Origin: Eledone cirrhosa
Lineage: Eukaryota
Assembly (NCBI GenBank): GCA_964016885.1
Contig: OZ024743.1
Location: 232,934,001-232,998,000 of the forward strand
Length of the DNA: 64,000 nt
Direction of reading: 5' to 3'
Both the position numbers and the translations under genes were made by a program. Positions 1-15,000 of the stretch are shown piece by piece. Under the pieces are notes generated by a model, which worked only from the letters and a program-made list of their open reading frames with translations, did not search any database and was not told the DNA's origin. The number at the start of each line of letters is the position of its first letter. Within the stretch, counting starts at the first letter, position 1.

Positions 1-3000
1 AAAAGTGTTCACCACCGTTTATTACCAAACATTAAACAACATCAAAAGTGTTCACCATCGTTTATTACCAAACATTAAACAACACCAAAATTGTTCACCA
101 CCGTTTATTACCAATCATTAAACAATACCAAAAGTGTTCACCACCGTTTATTACCAAACATTAACCAATACCAAAAGTGTTCACCCCAGCCGCGTTTATC
201 ACCAAACATTAAACAACACCAAAAGTCTTCACCACCGTTTATTACCAAACATTAAACAATACCAAAAGTGTTCACCACCGTTTATTACCAAACATTAAAC
301 AACATCAAAAGTGTTCACCATCGTTTATTACCAAACATTAAACAACACCAAAAGTCTTCACCACCGTTTATTACCAAACATTAAACAATACCAAAAGTGT
401 TCACCACCGTTTATGACCAAACACTAGACAACACGAAAGTCTTCACCACCGTTTATCACCTAACATTAAACAATACCAAAATGGATCACCACCGTTTATT
501 ACCAAACATTAAAATATACCAAAAGTGTTAACCCCACCCTCGTTTATCACCAAACATTAAACAATACCAAAAGTGTTGACCACCGTTTATTACCAAACAT
601 TAAACAACACCAAATGTCATCACCACCGTATATTACCAAACATTAAACAACACCAAAAATGTTCAGCCCACCCTCGTTTATTACCAAACATTAAACAATA
701 CCAAAAGTGTTCACCCCACCCTTGTTTATCACCAAACATTAAACAATACCAAAGGTATTCACCACCGTTTATTACCAAACATTAAACAATACCAAAAGTG
801 TTCACCACCGTTTATTACCAAACATTAAACAATACCAAAATTGTTCACCACCGTTTATTACCAAACATTAAACAATACCGAAAGTGTTCACCCCATCCTC
901 GTTTATCACCAAACATTAAACAATACCAAAGGTATTCACCACCGTTTATTACCAAGCATTAAACAATACCAAAAGTGTTCACCACCGTTTATTACCAAGC
1001 ATTAAACAATACCAAAACTGTTCACCACCGTTGATCACCAAACATCAAACAATACCAAAAGTGTTTACCCCACCCTCGTTTATCACCAAACATTAAACAA
1101 TAACAAAAGTGTTCACCACCGTTTCTTACCAAACATTAAACAATACCAAAACTGTTCACCACCGTTTATTATCAAACATTAAACAATACCGAAAGTGTTC
1201 ACCCCTGCCTCGTTTATCACCAAACATTGAACAACACCAAAAGTGTTCACCCTACCCTCGTTTATTACCAAACATTAAACAATACCAAAAGTGTTCACCA
1301 CCGTTTATTACCAAACATTAAACAATACCGAAAGTGTTCACCCCACCCTCGTTTATCACCTAACATTAAACAACACCAAAAGTGTTCACCACCGTTTATT
1401 ACCAAACATTAAACAACACCAACAGTGTTCACTACCGTTTATTACCAAACATAAAACAACACCAAAAGTGTTCACCACCGTTTATTACCAAACATTAACC
1501 AATACCAAAAGTGTTCACCCCACCCGCGTTTATCACCAAACATTAAACAATACCAAAATAGTTCACCACCGTTTCTTACCAAACATTAAACAATACCAAA
1601 AGTGTTCACCACCGTTTATTATCAAACATTAAACAATACCAAAAGTATTCAACCCAACCTCGTTTATCACCAACCATTAAACAACACCAAAAGTGTTCAC
1701 CACTGTTTATTACCAGACAGTAAACAATGCCAAAAGTATTCAACACCGTTTATCACCTAACATTAAACAATACCAAAAGTGTTCACCATAGTTTATTACC
1801 AAACATTAAACAACACGAAAGTCTTCACCACCGTTTATCACCTAACATTAAACAATACCAAAATGGATCACCACCGTTTATTACCAAACATTAAAATATA
1901 CCAAAAGTGTTAACCCCACCCACGTTTATCATCAAACATTAAACAATACCAAAAGTGTTGACCACCGTTTATTACCAAACATTAAACAACACCAAATGTC
2001 ATCACCACCGTATATTACCAAACATTAAACAACACCAAAAATGTTCAGCCCACCCTCGTTTATTACCAAACATTAAACAATATCAAAAGTGTTCACCCCA
2101 CCCTTGTTTATCACCAAACATTAAACAATACCAAAGGTATTCACCACCGTTTATTACCAAACATTAAACAATACCAAAAGTGTTCACCACCGTTTATTAC
2201 CAAACATTAAACAATACCAAAATTGTTCACCACCGTTTATTACCAAACATTAAACAATACCGAAAGTGTTCACCCCAGCCTCGTTTATCACCAAACATTA
2301 AACAATACCAAAGGTATTCACCACCGTTTATTACCAAGCATTAAACAATACCAAAAGTGTTCACCACCGTTTATTACCAAACATTAAACAACACCAAAAG
2401 TGTTCACCACCGTTTTTCCCAAACATTAACGAATACCAAAAGTGTTCACCCCACCCGCGTTTATCACCAAACATTAAACAATAACAAAAGTGTTCACCAC
2501 CGTTTCTTAACAAACATTAAACAATACCAAAACTGTTCACCACCGTTTATTATCAAACATTAAACAATACCGAAAGTGTTCACCCCTGCCTCGTTTATCA
2601 CCAAACATTAAACAATACCAAAGGTATTCACCACCGTTTATTACCAAGCATTAAACAATACCAAAAGTGTTCACCACCGTTTATTACCAAACATAAAACA
2701 ACACCAAAAGTGTTCACCACCGTTTATTACCAAACATTAACCAATACCAAAAGTGTTCACCCCACCCGCGTTTATCACCAAACATTAAACAATACCAAAA
2801 TAGTTCACCACCGTTTCTTACCAAACATTAAACAATACCAAAAGTGTTCACCACCGTTTATTATCAAACATTAAACAACACCAACAGTGTTCACCACCGT
2901 TTATTACCAAACATTAAACAACACCAAAAGTGTTCAACACCGTTTATTACCAAACATTAAACAACACCAAAAATGTTCACCACCGTTTATTGCCAGACAT

Positions 3001-6000
3001 TAAACAACACCAAAAGTGTTCACCACCGTTTATTACCAAACATTAAACAACACCAAAAGTGTTCACCACCATTTATTATCAAACATTAAACAACACCATC
3101 AGTGTTCACCATCGTTTATTATCAAACATGAAACGATACCAAAAGTGTTCACCACCGTTTATTACCAATCATTAAACAATACCAAAAGTGTTCACCACCG
3201 TTTATTACCAAACATTAAACAACACCAAAAGTCTTCACTACCGTTTATTACCAAACAGTAAACAACACCAAAAGTGTACACCATCGTTTATTACCAAATA
3301 TATAACAAAACCAAAAGTGTTCACCACCGTTTATTACCAATCATTAAACAATACCAAAAGTGTTCACCACCGTTTATTACCAAACATTAAACAACACCAA
3401 AAGTGTTCACCACCGTAATTACCAAACATTAAACAACACCAAAAGTGTTCACCACCGTAATTACCAAACAGTAAAGAACACCAAAAGTGTTCAGCACCGT
3501 TTATTACCAAACATTAATCAACACCAAAAGTCTTCACCACCGTTCATTACCAGACATTAAACAACACCGAAAGTGTTCACCACCGTTTATTATCAAACAT
3601 TAAACAACACCAAAAGTGTTAACCACCGTTTATTACCAAACATTAAACAATACCAAACGTGTTCACCCACCTTGTTTATCACGAAACATTAAACAATACC
3701 AAATGTGTTGACCACCGTTTATTACCAAACATTAAACAACACCAAATGTCATCACCACCGTATATTACCAAACATTAAACAACACCAAAAATGTTCAGCC
3801 CACCCTCGTTTATTATCAAACATTAAACAATACCAAAAGTGTTCACCCCACCCTTGTTTATCACCAAACATTAAACAATACCAAAGGTATTCACCACCGT
3901 TTATTACCAAACATTAAACAATACCAAAATTGTTCACCACCGTTTATTACCAAACATTAAACAATACCGAAAGTGTTCACCCCAGCCTCGTTTATCACCA
4001 AACATTAAACAATACCAAAGGTATTCACCACCGTTTATTACCAAGCATTAAACAATACCAAAAGTGTTCACCACCGTTTATTACCAAGCATTAAACAATA
4101 CCAAAACTGTTCACCACCGTTGATCACCAAACATCAAACAATACCAAAAGTATTCACCCCACCCTCGTTTATCACCAAACATTAAACAACACCAAAAGTG
4201 TTCACCACCGTTTATTACCAAACATTAAACAACACCAACAGTGTTCACCACCGTTTATTACCAAACATTAAACAACACCAAAAGTGTTCACCACCGTTTT
4301 TACCAAACATTAACGAATACCAAAAGTGTTCACCCCACCCGCGTTTATCACCAAACATTAAACAATAACAAAAGTGTTCACCACCGTTTCTTACCAAACA
4401 TTAAACAATACCAAAACTGTTCACCACCGTTTATTATCAAACATTAAACAATACCGAAAGTGTTCACCCCTGCCTCGTTTATCACCAAACATTGAACAAC
4501 ACCAAAAGTGTTCACCCTACCCTCGTTTATTACCAAACATTAAACAATACCAAAAGTGTTCACCACCGTTTATTACCAAACATTAAACAATACCGAAAGT
4601 GTTCACCCCACCCTCGTTTATCACCTAACATTAAACAACACCAAAAGTGTTCACCACCGTTTATTACCAAACATTAAACAACACCAACAGTGTTCACTAC
4701 CGTTTATTACCAAACATAAAACAACACCAAAAGTGTTCACCACCGTTTATTACCAAACATTAACCAATACCAAAAGTGTTCAACCCACCCGCGTTTATCA
4801 CCAAACATTAAACAATACCAAAATAGTTCACCACCGTTTCTTACCAAACATTAAACAATACCAAAAGTGTTCACCACCGTTTATTATCAAACATTAAACA
4901 ATACCGAAAGTGTTCACCCCAGCCTCGTTTATCACCAAACATTGAACAACACCAAAAGTGTTCACCCTACCCTCGTTTATTACCAAACATTAAACAATAC
5001 CAAAAGTGTTCACCACCGTTTATTACCAAACATTAAACAATACCAAAAGTGTTCACCACCGTTTATTACCAAACATTAAACAATACCAAAAATGTTCACC
5101 ACACCAGCGTTTATCACCAAACATTAAACAATACCAAAAGTATTCACCACCGTTTATTACCAAACATTAAAAAACACCAACAGTGTTCACCACCATTTAT
5201 TACCAAACATTAAACAACACCAAAAGTTTTCACCCCACCCTCGTTTATTACCAAACATAAAACAACACCAAAAGTGTTCACCACCGTTTATTACCAAACA
5301 TTAAACACACCAAAAGTGTTCAACACCGTTTATTACCAAACATTAAACAATATCAAAAGTGTTCACCATCGTTTATTACAAGACATTAAACAACACAAAA
5401 AGTGTTCACCACCGTTTATTACCAAACATTAAACAATACCAAAAGTGTTCCCACCGTTTATTACCAAACATTAAACAACACCAAATGTGTTCACCATCGT
5501 TTATTACCAAACATTAAACAACACCAAAAGTCTTCACCACCGTTTATTACCAAACATTAAAAAATACCAAAAGAGTACACCACCGTTTATTACCAAACAT
5601 TAAACAACACCAAAAGTGTTCACCACCGTTTATTGTCAGACTTTAAACAACACCAAAAGTGTTCACCACCGTTTATTATCAAACATTAAACAACACCAAC
5701 AGTGTTCACCACCGTTTATTACCAAACATTAAACAACACCAAAAGTGTTCAACACCGTTTATTACCAAACATTAAACAACACCAAAAGTGTTCACCACCG
5801 TTTATTGCCAGACATTAAACAACACCAAAAGTGTTCACCACCGTTTATTACCAAACATTAAACAACACCAAAAGTGTTCACCACCGTTTATTATCACACA
5901 TTAAACAACACCATCAGTGTTCACCATCGTTTATTATCAAACATGAAACGATACCAAAAGTGTTCACCGCCGTTTATTACCAATCATTAAACAATACCAA

Positions 6001-9000
6001 AAGTGTTCACCACCGTTTATTACCAAACATTAAACAACACCAAAAGTCTTCACTACCGTTTATTACCAAACAGTAAACAACACCAAAAGCGTACACCATC
6101 GTTTATTACCAAATATTAAACAACACCAAAAGTGTTCACCACCGTTTATTACCAATCATTAAACAATACCAAAAGTGTTCACCACCGTTTATTACCAAAC
6201 ATTAAACAACACCAAAAGTGTTCACCACCGTAATTACCAAACAGTAAACAACACCAAAAGTGTTCAGCACCGTTTATTACCAAACATTAATCAACACCAA
6301 AAGTCTTCACCACCGTTCATTACCAGACATTAAACAACACCGAAAGTGTTCACCACCGTTTATTATCAAACATTAAACAACACCAACAGTGTTCACCACC
6401 GTTTACTACCAATCATTAAACAATACCAAAGGTGTTCAACACCGTTTATTACCAAACATTAAACAACACCAAAAGTGTTAACCACCGTTTATTACCAAAC
6501 ATTAAACAATACCAAACGTGTTCACCCACCTTGTTTATCACGAAACATTAAACAATACCAAATGTGTTCACCACCGTTTATTACCAAACATTAAACAACA
6601 CCAAAAGTCTTCACCACCGTTTATTACCAAACATTAAACAACACCAAAAGTGTTCACCACCGTTTATTACCAAACATAAAACAACACCAAATTTGTTCAC
6701 CACCGTTTATTACTAAAAATTAAACGACACCAAAAGTGTTCACCAACGTTTATTAACAAACATTAAACAATACCAAAAGTGTTCACCACTGTTTATCACC
6801 AAACATTAAACAACACCAAAGTCTTCACCACCGTTTATCACCTAACATTAAACAATACGAAAGTCTTCACCACCGTTTATCACTTAACATTAAACAATAC
6901 CAAAAGTGTTCACCACCGTTTATTACCAAACATTAAACAACACCAAAAGTGTTCACCACCGTTTATTACCAAACATTAAACAATACCAAAAGTGTTCCCA
7001 CCACCCTCGTTTATTACCAAACATTAAACAATACCAAAAGTGTTCACCACCGTTTATTACCAAACATTAAACAACACCAAAAGTGTTCACCCTCGTTTAT
7101 TACCAAACATTAAACAACACCAAAAGTGTTCACCACCGTTTATCACCAAACATTAAACAATACCAAAGGTCTTCTCCACCGTTTATTACCAAACATTAAA
7201 CAACACCAAAAGTGTTCACCAACGTTTATTACGAAACATTAAACAATACCAAAAGTGTTCACCACTGTTTATCACCAAACATTAAACAACACCAAAAGTA
7301 TTCACCCCAGCCGCGTTTATCACCAAACATTAAACAACACCAAAAGTGTTCACCACCGTTTATTACCAAACATTAAACAATACCAAAAGTGTTCACCACC
7401 GTTTATGACCAAACATTAAACAACACGAAAGTCTTCACCACCGTTTATCACCTAACATTAAACAATACCAAAAGTGTTCACCACCGTTTATTACCAAACA
7501 TTAAACAACACCAAAAGTGTTCAGCCCACCCTCGTTTATTACCAAGCATTAAACAATACCAAATGTGTTCACCCCACCCTTGTTTATCACCAAACATTAA
7601 ACAATACCAAAGGTATTCACCACCGTTTATTACCAAGCATTAAACAATACCAAAAGTGTTCACCACCGTTTATTACCAAACATTAAACAATACCGAAAGT
7701 GTTCACCACCGTTTAATACCAAACATTAAACAATACCGAAAGTGTTCACCCCACCCTCGTTTATCACCAAACATTAAACAACACCAAAAGTGTTCACCAC
7801 CGTTTACTACCAAACATTAAACAACACCAAAAGTGTTCACCACCGTTTATTACCAAACATTAACCAATACCAAAAGTGTTCACCCCAGCCGCGTTTATCA
7901 CCAAACATTATACAACACCAAAAGTGTTCACCACCGTTTATTACCAAACATTAAACAATACCAAAAGTGTTCACCACCGTTTATTACCAAACATTAAACA
8001 ACACCAAAAGTGTTCACCATCGTTTATTACCAAACATTAAACAACACCAAAAGTCTTCACCACCGTTTATTACCAAACATTAAACAATACCAAAAATGTT
8101 CACCACACCAGCGTTTATCACCAAACATTAAACAATACCAAAAGTGTTCACCACCGTTTATTACCAAACATTAAACAACACCAAAAGTGTTCAGCCCACC
8201 CTCGTTTATTACCAAGCATTAAACAATACCAAATGTGTTCACCCCACCCTTGTTTATCACCAAACATTAAACAATACCAAAGGTATTCACCACCGTTTAT
8301 TACCAAGCATTAAACAATACCAAAAGTGTTCACCACCGTTTATTACCAAACATTAAACAATACCGAAAGTGTTCACCACCGTTTAATACCAAACATTAAA
8401 CAATACCGAAAGTGTTCACCCCACCCTCGTTTATCACCAAACATTAAACAACACCAAAAGTGTTCACCACCGTTTACTACCAAACATTAAACAACACCAA
8501 AAGTGTTCACCACCGTTTATTACCAAACATTAACCAATACCAAAAGTGTTCACCCCAGCCGCGTTTATCACCAAACATTAAACAACACCAAAAGTGTTCA
8601 CCACCGTTTATTACCAAACATTAAACAATACCAAAAGTGTTCACCACCGTTTATTACCAAACATTAAACAACACCAAAAGTGTTCACCATCGTTTATTAC
8701 CAAACATTAAACAACACCAAAAGTCTTCACCACCGTTTATTACCAAACATTAAACAATACCAAAAATGTTCACCACACCAGCGTTTATCACCAAACATTA
8801 AACAATACCAAAAGTGTTCACCACCGTTTATTACCAAACATTAAAAAACACCAACAGTGTTCACCACCATTTATTACCAAACATTAAACAACACCAAAAG
8901 TTTTCACCCCACCCTCGTTTATTACCAAACATTAAACAACACCAAAAGTGTTCACCACCGTTTATTACCAAACATTAAACACACCAAAAGTGTTCAACAC

Positions 9001-12000
9001 CGTTTATTACCAAACATTAAACAATACCAAAAGTGTTCACCATCGTTTATTACAAGACATTAAACAACACAAAAAGTGTTCACCACCGTTTATTACCAAA
9101 CATTAAACAATACCAAAAGTGTTCACCACCGTTTATTACCAAACATTAAACAACACCAAATGTGTTCACCATCGTTTATTACCAAACATTAAACAACACC
9201 AAATGTCTTCACCACCGTTTATTACCAAACATTAAACAATACCAAAAGAGTACACCACCGTTAATTACCAAACATTAAACAACACCAAAAGTGTTCACCA
9301 CCGTTTATTGTCAGACTTTAAACAACACCAAAAGTGTTCACCACCGTTTATTATCAAACATTAAACAACACCAACAGTGTTCACCACCGTTTATTACCAA
9401 ACATTAAACAACACCAAAAGTGTTCAACACCGTTTATTACCAAACATTAAACAACACCAAAAGTGTTCACCACCGTTTATTGCCAGACATTAAACAACAC
9501 CAAAAGTGTTCACCACCGTTTATTACCAAACATTAAACAACAACAAAAGTGTTCACCACCGTTTATTATCCAACATTAAACAACACCATCAGTGTTCACC
9601 ATCGTTTATTATCAAACATGAAACGATACCAAAAGTGTTCACCACCGTTTATTACCAATCATTAAACAATACCAAAAGTGTTCACCACCGTTTATTACCA
9701 AACATTAAACAACACCAAAAGTCTTCACTACCGTTTATTACCAAACAGTAAACAACACCAAAAGCATACACCATCGTTTATTACCAAATATTAAACAACA
9801 CCAAAAGTGTTCACCACCGTTTATTACCAATCATTAAACAACACCAAAAGTGTTCACCACCGTAATTACCAAACAGTAAACAACACCAAAAGTGTTCAGC
9901 ACCGTTTATTACCAAACATTAATCAACACCAAAAGTCTTCACCACCGTTCATTACCAGACATTAAACAACACCGAAAGTGTTCACCACCGTTTATTATCA
10001 AACATTAAACAACACCAACAGTGTTCACCACCGTTTACTACCAATCATTAAACAATACCAAAGGTGTTCAACACCGTTTATTACCAAACATTAAACAACA
10101 CCAAAATTGTTAACCACCGTTTATTACCAAACATTAAACAATACCAAACGTGTTCACCCACCTTGTTTATCACGAAACATTAAACAATACCAAATGTGTT
10201 CACCACCGTTTATTACCAAACATTAAACAACACCAAAAGTCTTCACCACCGTTTATTACCAAACATTAAACAACACCAAAAGTGTTCACCACCGTTTATT
10301 ACCAAACATAAAACAACACCAAATTTGTTCACCACCGTTTATTACTAAAAATTAAACGACACCAAAAGTGTTCACCAACGTTTATTACCAAACATTAAAC
10401 AATACCAAAAGTGTTCACCACTGTTTATCACCAAACATTAAACAACACCAAAGTCTTCACCACCGTTTATCACCTAACATTAAACAATACGAAAGTCTTC
10501 ACCACCGTTTATCACCTAACATTAAACAATACCAAAAGTGTTCACCACCGTTTATTACCAAATATTAAACAACACCAAAAGTGTTCACCACCGTTTATTA
10601 CCAAACATTAAACAATACCAAAAGTGTTCCCCCACCCTCGTTTATTACCAAACATTAAACAATACCAAAAGTGTTCACCACCGTTTATTACCAAACATTA
10701 AACAACACCAAAAGTGTTCACCCTCGTTTATTACCAAACATTAAACAACACCAAAAGTGTTCACCACCGTTTATCACCAAACATTAAACAATACCAAAGG
10801 TCTTCTCCACCGTTTATTACCAAACATTAAACAACACCAAAAGTGTTCACCAACGTTTATTACGAAACATTAAACAATACCAAAAGTGTTCACCACTGTT
10901 TATCACCAAACATTAAACAACACCAAAAGTGTTCACCACCGTTTATTACCAAAAATTAAACGGCACCAAATGTTTTCACCACGTTCATTACCAAACATTA
11001 TACAATACCAAAGCGTTTAACCCCCCCCCCCCTCGTTTATCACCAAACATTAAACAATACCAAAAGTGTTCACCACCGTTTATGACCAAACATTAAACAA
11101 CACGAAAGTCTTCACCACCGTTTATCACCTAACATTAAACAATACCAAAAGTGTTCACCACCGTTTATTACCAAACATTAAACAACACCAAAAGTGTTCA
11201 GCCCACCCTCGTTTATTACCAAGCATTAAACAATACCAAATGTGTTCACCCCACCCTTGTTTATCACCAAACATTAAACAATACCAAAGGTATTCACCAC
11301 CGTTTATTACCAAGCATTAAACAATACCAAAAGTGTTCACCACCGTTTATTACCAAACATTAAACAATACCGAAAGTGTTCACCACCGTTTAATACCAAA
11401 CATTAAACAATACCGAAAGTGTTCACCCCACCCTCGTTTATCACCAAACATTAAACAACACCAAAAGTGTTCACCACCGTTTATTACCAAACATTAAACA
11501 ACACCAAAAGTGTTCACCACCGTTTATTACCAAACATTAACCAATACCAAAAGTGTTCACCCCAGCCGCGTTTATCACCAAACATTAAACAACACCAAAA
11601 GTGTTCACCACCGTTTATTACCAAACATTAAACAATACCAAAAGTGTTCACCACCGTTTATTACCAAACATTAAACAACACCAAAAGTGTTCACCATCGT
11701 TTATTACCAAACATTAAACAACACCAAAAGTCTTCACCACCGTTTATTACCAAACATTAAACAATACCAAAAGTGTTCACCACCGTTTATGACCAAACAT
11801 TAAACAACACGAAAATCTTCACCACCGTTTATCACCTAACATTAAACAATACCAAAATGGATCACCACCGTTTATTACCAAACATTAAAATATACCAAAA
11901 GTTTTAACCCCACCCTCGTTTATCACCAAACATTAAACAATACCAAAAGTGTTGACCACCGTTTATTACCAAACATTAAACAACACCAAATGTCATCACC

Positions 12001-15000
12001 ACCGTATATTACCAAACATTAAACAACACCAAAAATGTTCAGCCCACCCTCGTTTATTACCAAACATTAAACAATACCAAAAGTGTTCACCCCACCCTTG
12101 TTTATCACCAAACATTAAACAATACCAAAGGTATTCACCACCGTTTATTACCAAACATTAAACAATACCAAAATTGTTCACCACCGTTTATTACCAAACA
12201 TTAAACAATACCGAAAGTGTTCACCCCAGCCTCGTTTATCACCAAACATTAAACAATACCAAAGGTATTCACCACCGTTTATTACCAAGCATTAAACAAT
12301 ACCAAAAGTGTTCACCACCGTTTATTACCAAGCATTAAACAATACCAAAACTGTTCACCACCGTTGATCACCAAACATCAAACAATACCAAAAGTGTTCA
12401 CCCCACCCTCGTTTATCACCAAACATTAAACAACACAAAAAGTGTTCACCACCGTTTATTACCAAACATTAAACAACACCAACAGTGTTCACCACCGTTT
12501 ATTACCAAACATTAAACAACACCAAAAGTGTTCACCACCGTTTTTACCAAACATTAACGAATACCAAAAGTGTTCACCCCACCCGCGTTTATCACCAAAC
12601 ATTAAACAATAACAAAAGTGTTCACCACCGTTTCTTACCAAACATTAAACAATACCAAAACTGTTCACCACCGTTTATTATCAAACATTAAACAATACCG
12701 AAAGTGTTCACCCCTGCCTCGTTTATCACCAAACATTGAACAACACCAAAAGTGTTCACCCTACCCTCGTTTATTACCAAACATTAAACAATACCAAAAG
12801 TGTTCACCACCGTTTATAACCTAACATTAAACAATAACGAAAGTGTTCACCCCACCCTCGTTTATCACCTAACATTAAACAACACCAAAAGTGTTCACCA
12901 CCGTTTATTACCAAACATTAAACAACACCAACAGTGTTCACTAGCGTTTATTACCAAACATAAAACAACACCAAAAGTGTTCACCACCGTTTATTACCAA
13001 ATATTAACCAATACCAAAAGTGTTCACCCCACCCGCGTTTATCACCAAACATTAAACAATACCAAAAGTGTTCACCACCGTTTATTACCAAACATTAAAC
13101 AATACCAAAAGTGTTCACCACCGTTTATTAGCAAACATTAAACAATACCAAAAAGTATTCACCCCAACCTCGTTTATCACCAACCATTAAACAACACCAA
13201 AAGTGTTCACCACTGTTTATTACCAGACAGTAAACAATGCCAAAAGTATTCAACACCGTTTATTACCAAATATTAAACAACACTAAATGTGTTCACCACC
13301 GTTTATTACCAAACATTAAACAACACAAAAAGTTTTCACCCCACCCTCGTTTATTACCAACATAAAACAACACCAAAAGTGTTCACCACCGTTTATTGTC
13401 AGACTTTAAACAACACCAAAAGTGTTCACCACCGTTTATTATCAAACATTAAACAACACCAACAGTGTTCACCACCGTTTATTGCCAAACATTAAACACA
13501 CCAAAAGTGTTCAACACCGTTTATTGCCAGACATTAAACAATACCAAAAGTGTTCACCACCGTTTATTACCAAACATTAAACAACACCAAAAGTGTTCAC
13601 CCTCGTTTATTACCAAACATTAAACAACACCAAAAGTGTTCACCACCGTTTATCACCAAACATTAAACAATACCAAAGGTCTTCTCCACCGTTTATTACC
13701 AAACATTAAACAACACCAAAAGTGTTCACCAACGTTTATTACGAAACATTAAACAATACCAAAAGTGTTCACCACTGTTTATCACCAAACATTAAACAAC
13801 ACCAAAAGTGTTCACCACCGTTTATTACCAAAAATTAAACGGCACCAAATGTTTTCACCACGTTCATTACCAAACATTATACAATACCAAAGTGTTTAAC
13901 CCCCCCCCTCTTTTATCACCAAACATTAAACAATACCAAAAGTGTTCACCACCGTTTATGACCAAACATTAAACAACACGAAAGTCTTCACCACCGTTTA
14001 TCACCTAACATTAAACAATACCAAAAGTGTTCACCACCGTTTATTACCAAACATTAAACAACACCAAAAGTGTTCAGCCCACCCTCGTTTATTACCAAGC
14101 ATTAAACAATACCAAATGTGTTCACCCCACCCTTGTTTATCACCAAACATTAAACAATACCAAAGGTATTCACCACCGTTTATTACCAAGCATTAAACAA
14201 TACCAAAAGTGTTCACCACCGTTTATTACCAAACATTAAACAATACCGAAAGTGTTCACCACCGTTTAATACCAAACATTAAGCAATACCGAAAGTGTTC
14301 ACCCCACCCTCGTTTATCACCAAACATTAAACAACACCAAAAGTGTTCACCACCGTTTATTACCAAACATTAAACAACACCAACAGTGTTCCCCACCATT
14401 TATTACCAAACATTAAACAACACCAAAAGTGTTCACCACCGTTTATGACCAAACATTAACCAATACCAAAAGTGTTCACCCCACCCGCGTTTATCACCAA
14501 ACATTAAACAATACCAAAAGCGTTCACCACCGTTTATTACCAAACATTAAACAATACCAAAAGTGTTCACCACCGTTTATTAGCAAACATTAAACAATAC
14601 CAAAAGTATTCACCCCAACCTCGTTTATCACCAACCATTAAACAACACCAAAAGTGTTCACCACTGTTTATTACCAGACAGTAAACAATACCAAAAGTAT
14701 TCAACACCGTTTATTACCAAACATTAAACAACACTAAAAGTGTTCACCACCGTTTATTACCAAACATTAAACAATACCAAAAATGTTCACCACACCAGCG
14801 TTTATCACCAAACATTAACCAATACCAAAAGTGTTCACCACCGTTTATTACCAAACATTAAACAACACCAACAGTGTTCACCACCATTTATTCCCAAACA
14901 TTAAACAACACCAAAAGTGTTCACCATTGTTTATTATCAAACATTAAACAACACCAAAAGATTTCACCACCGTTTATTACCAAACATTAAACAATACCAA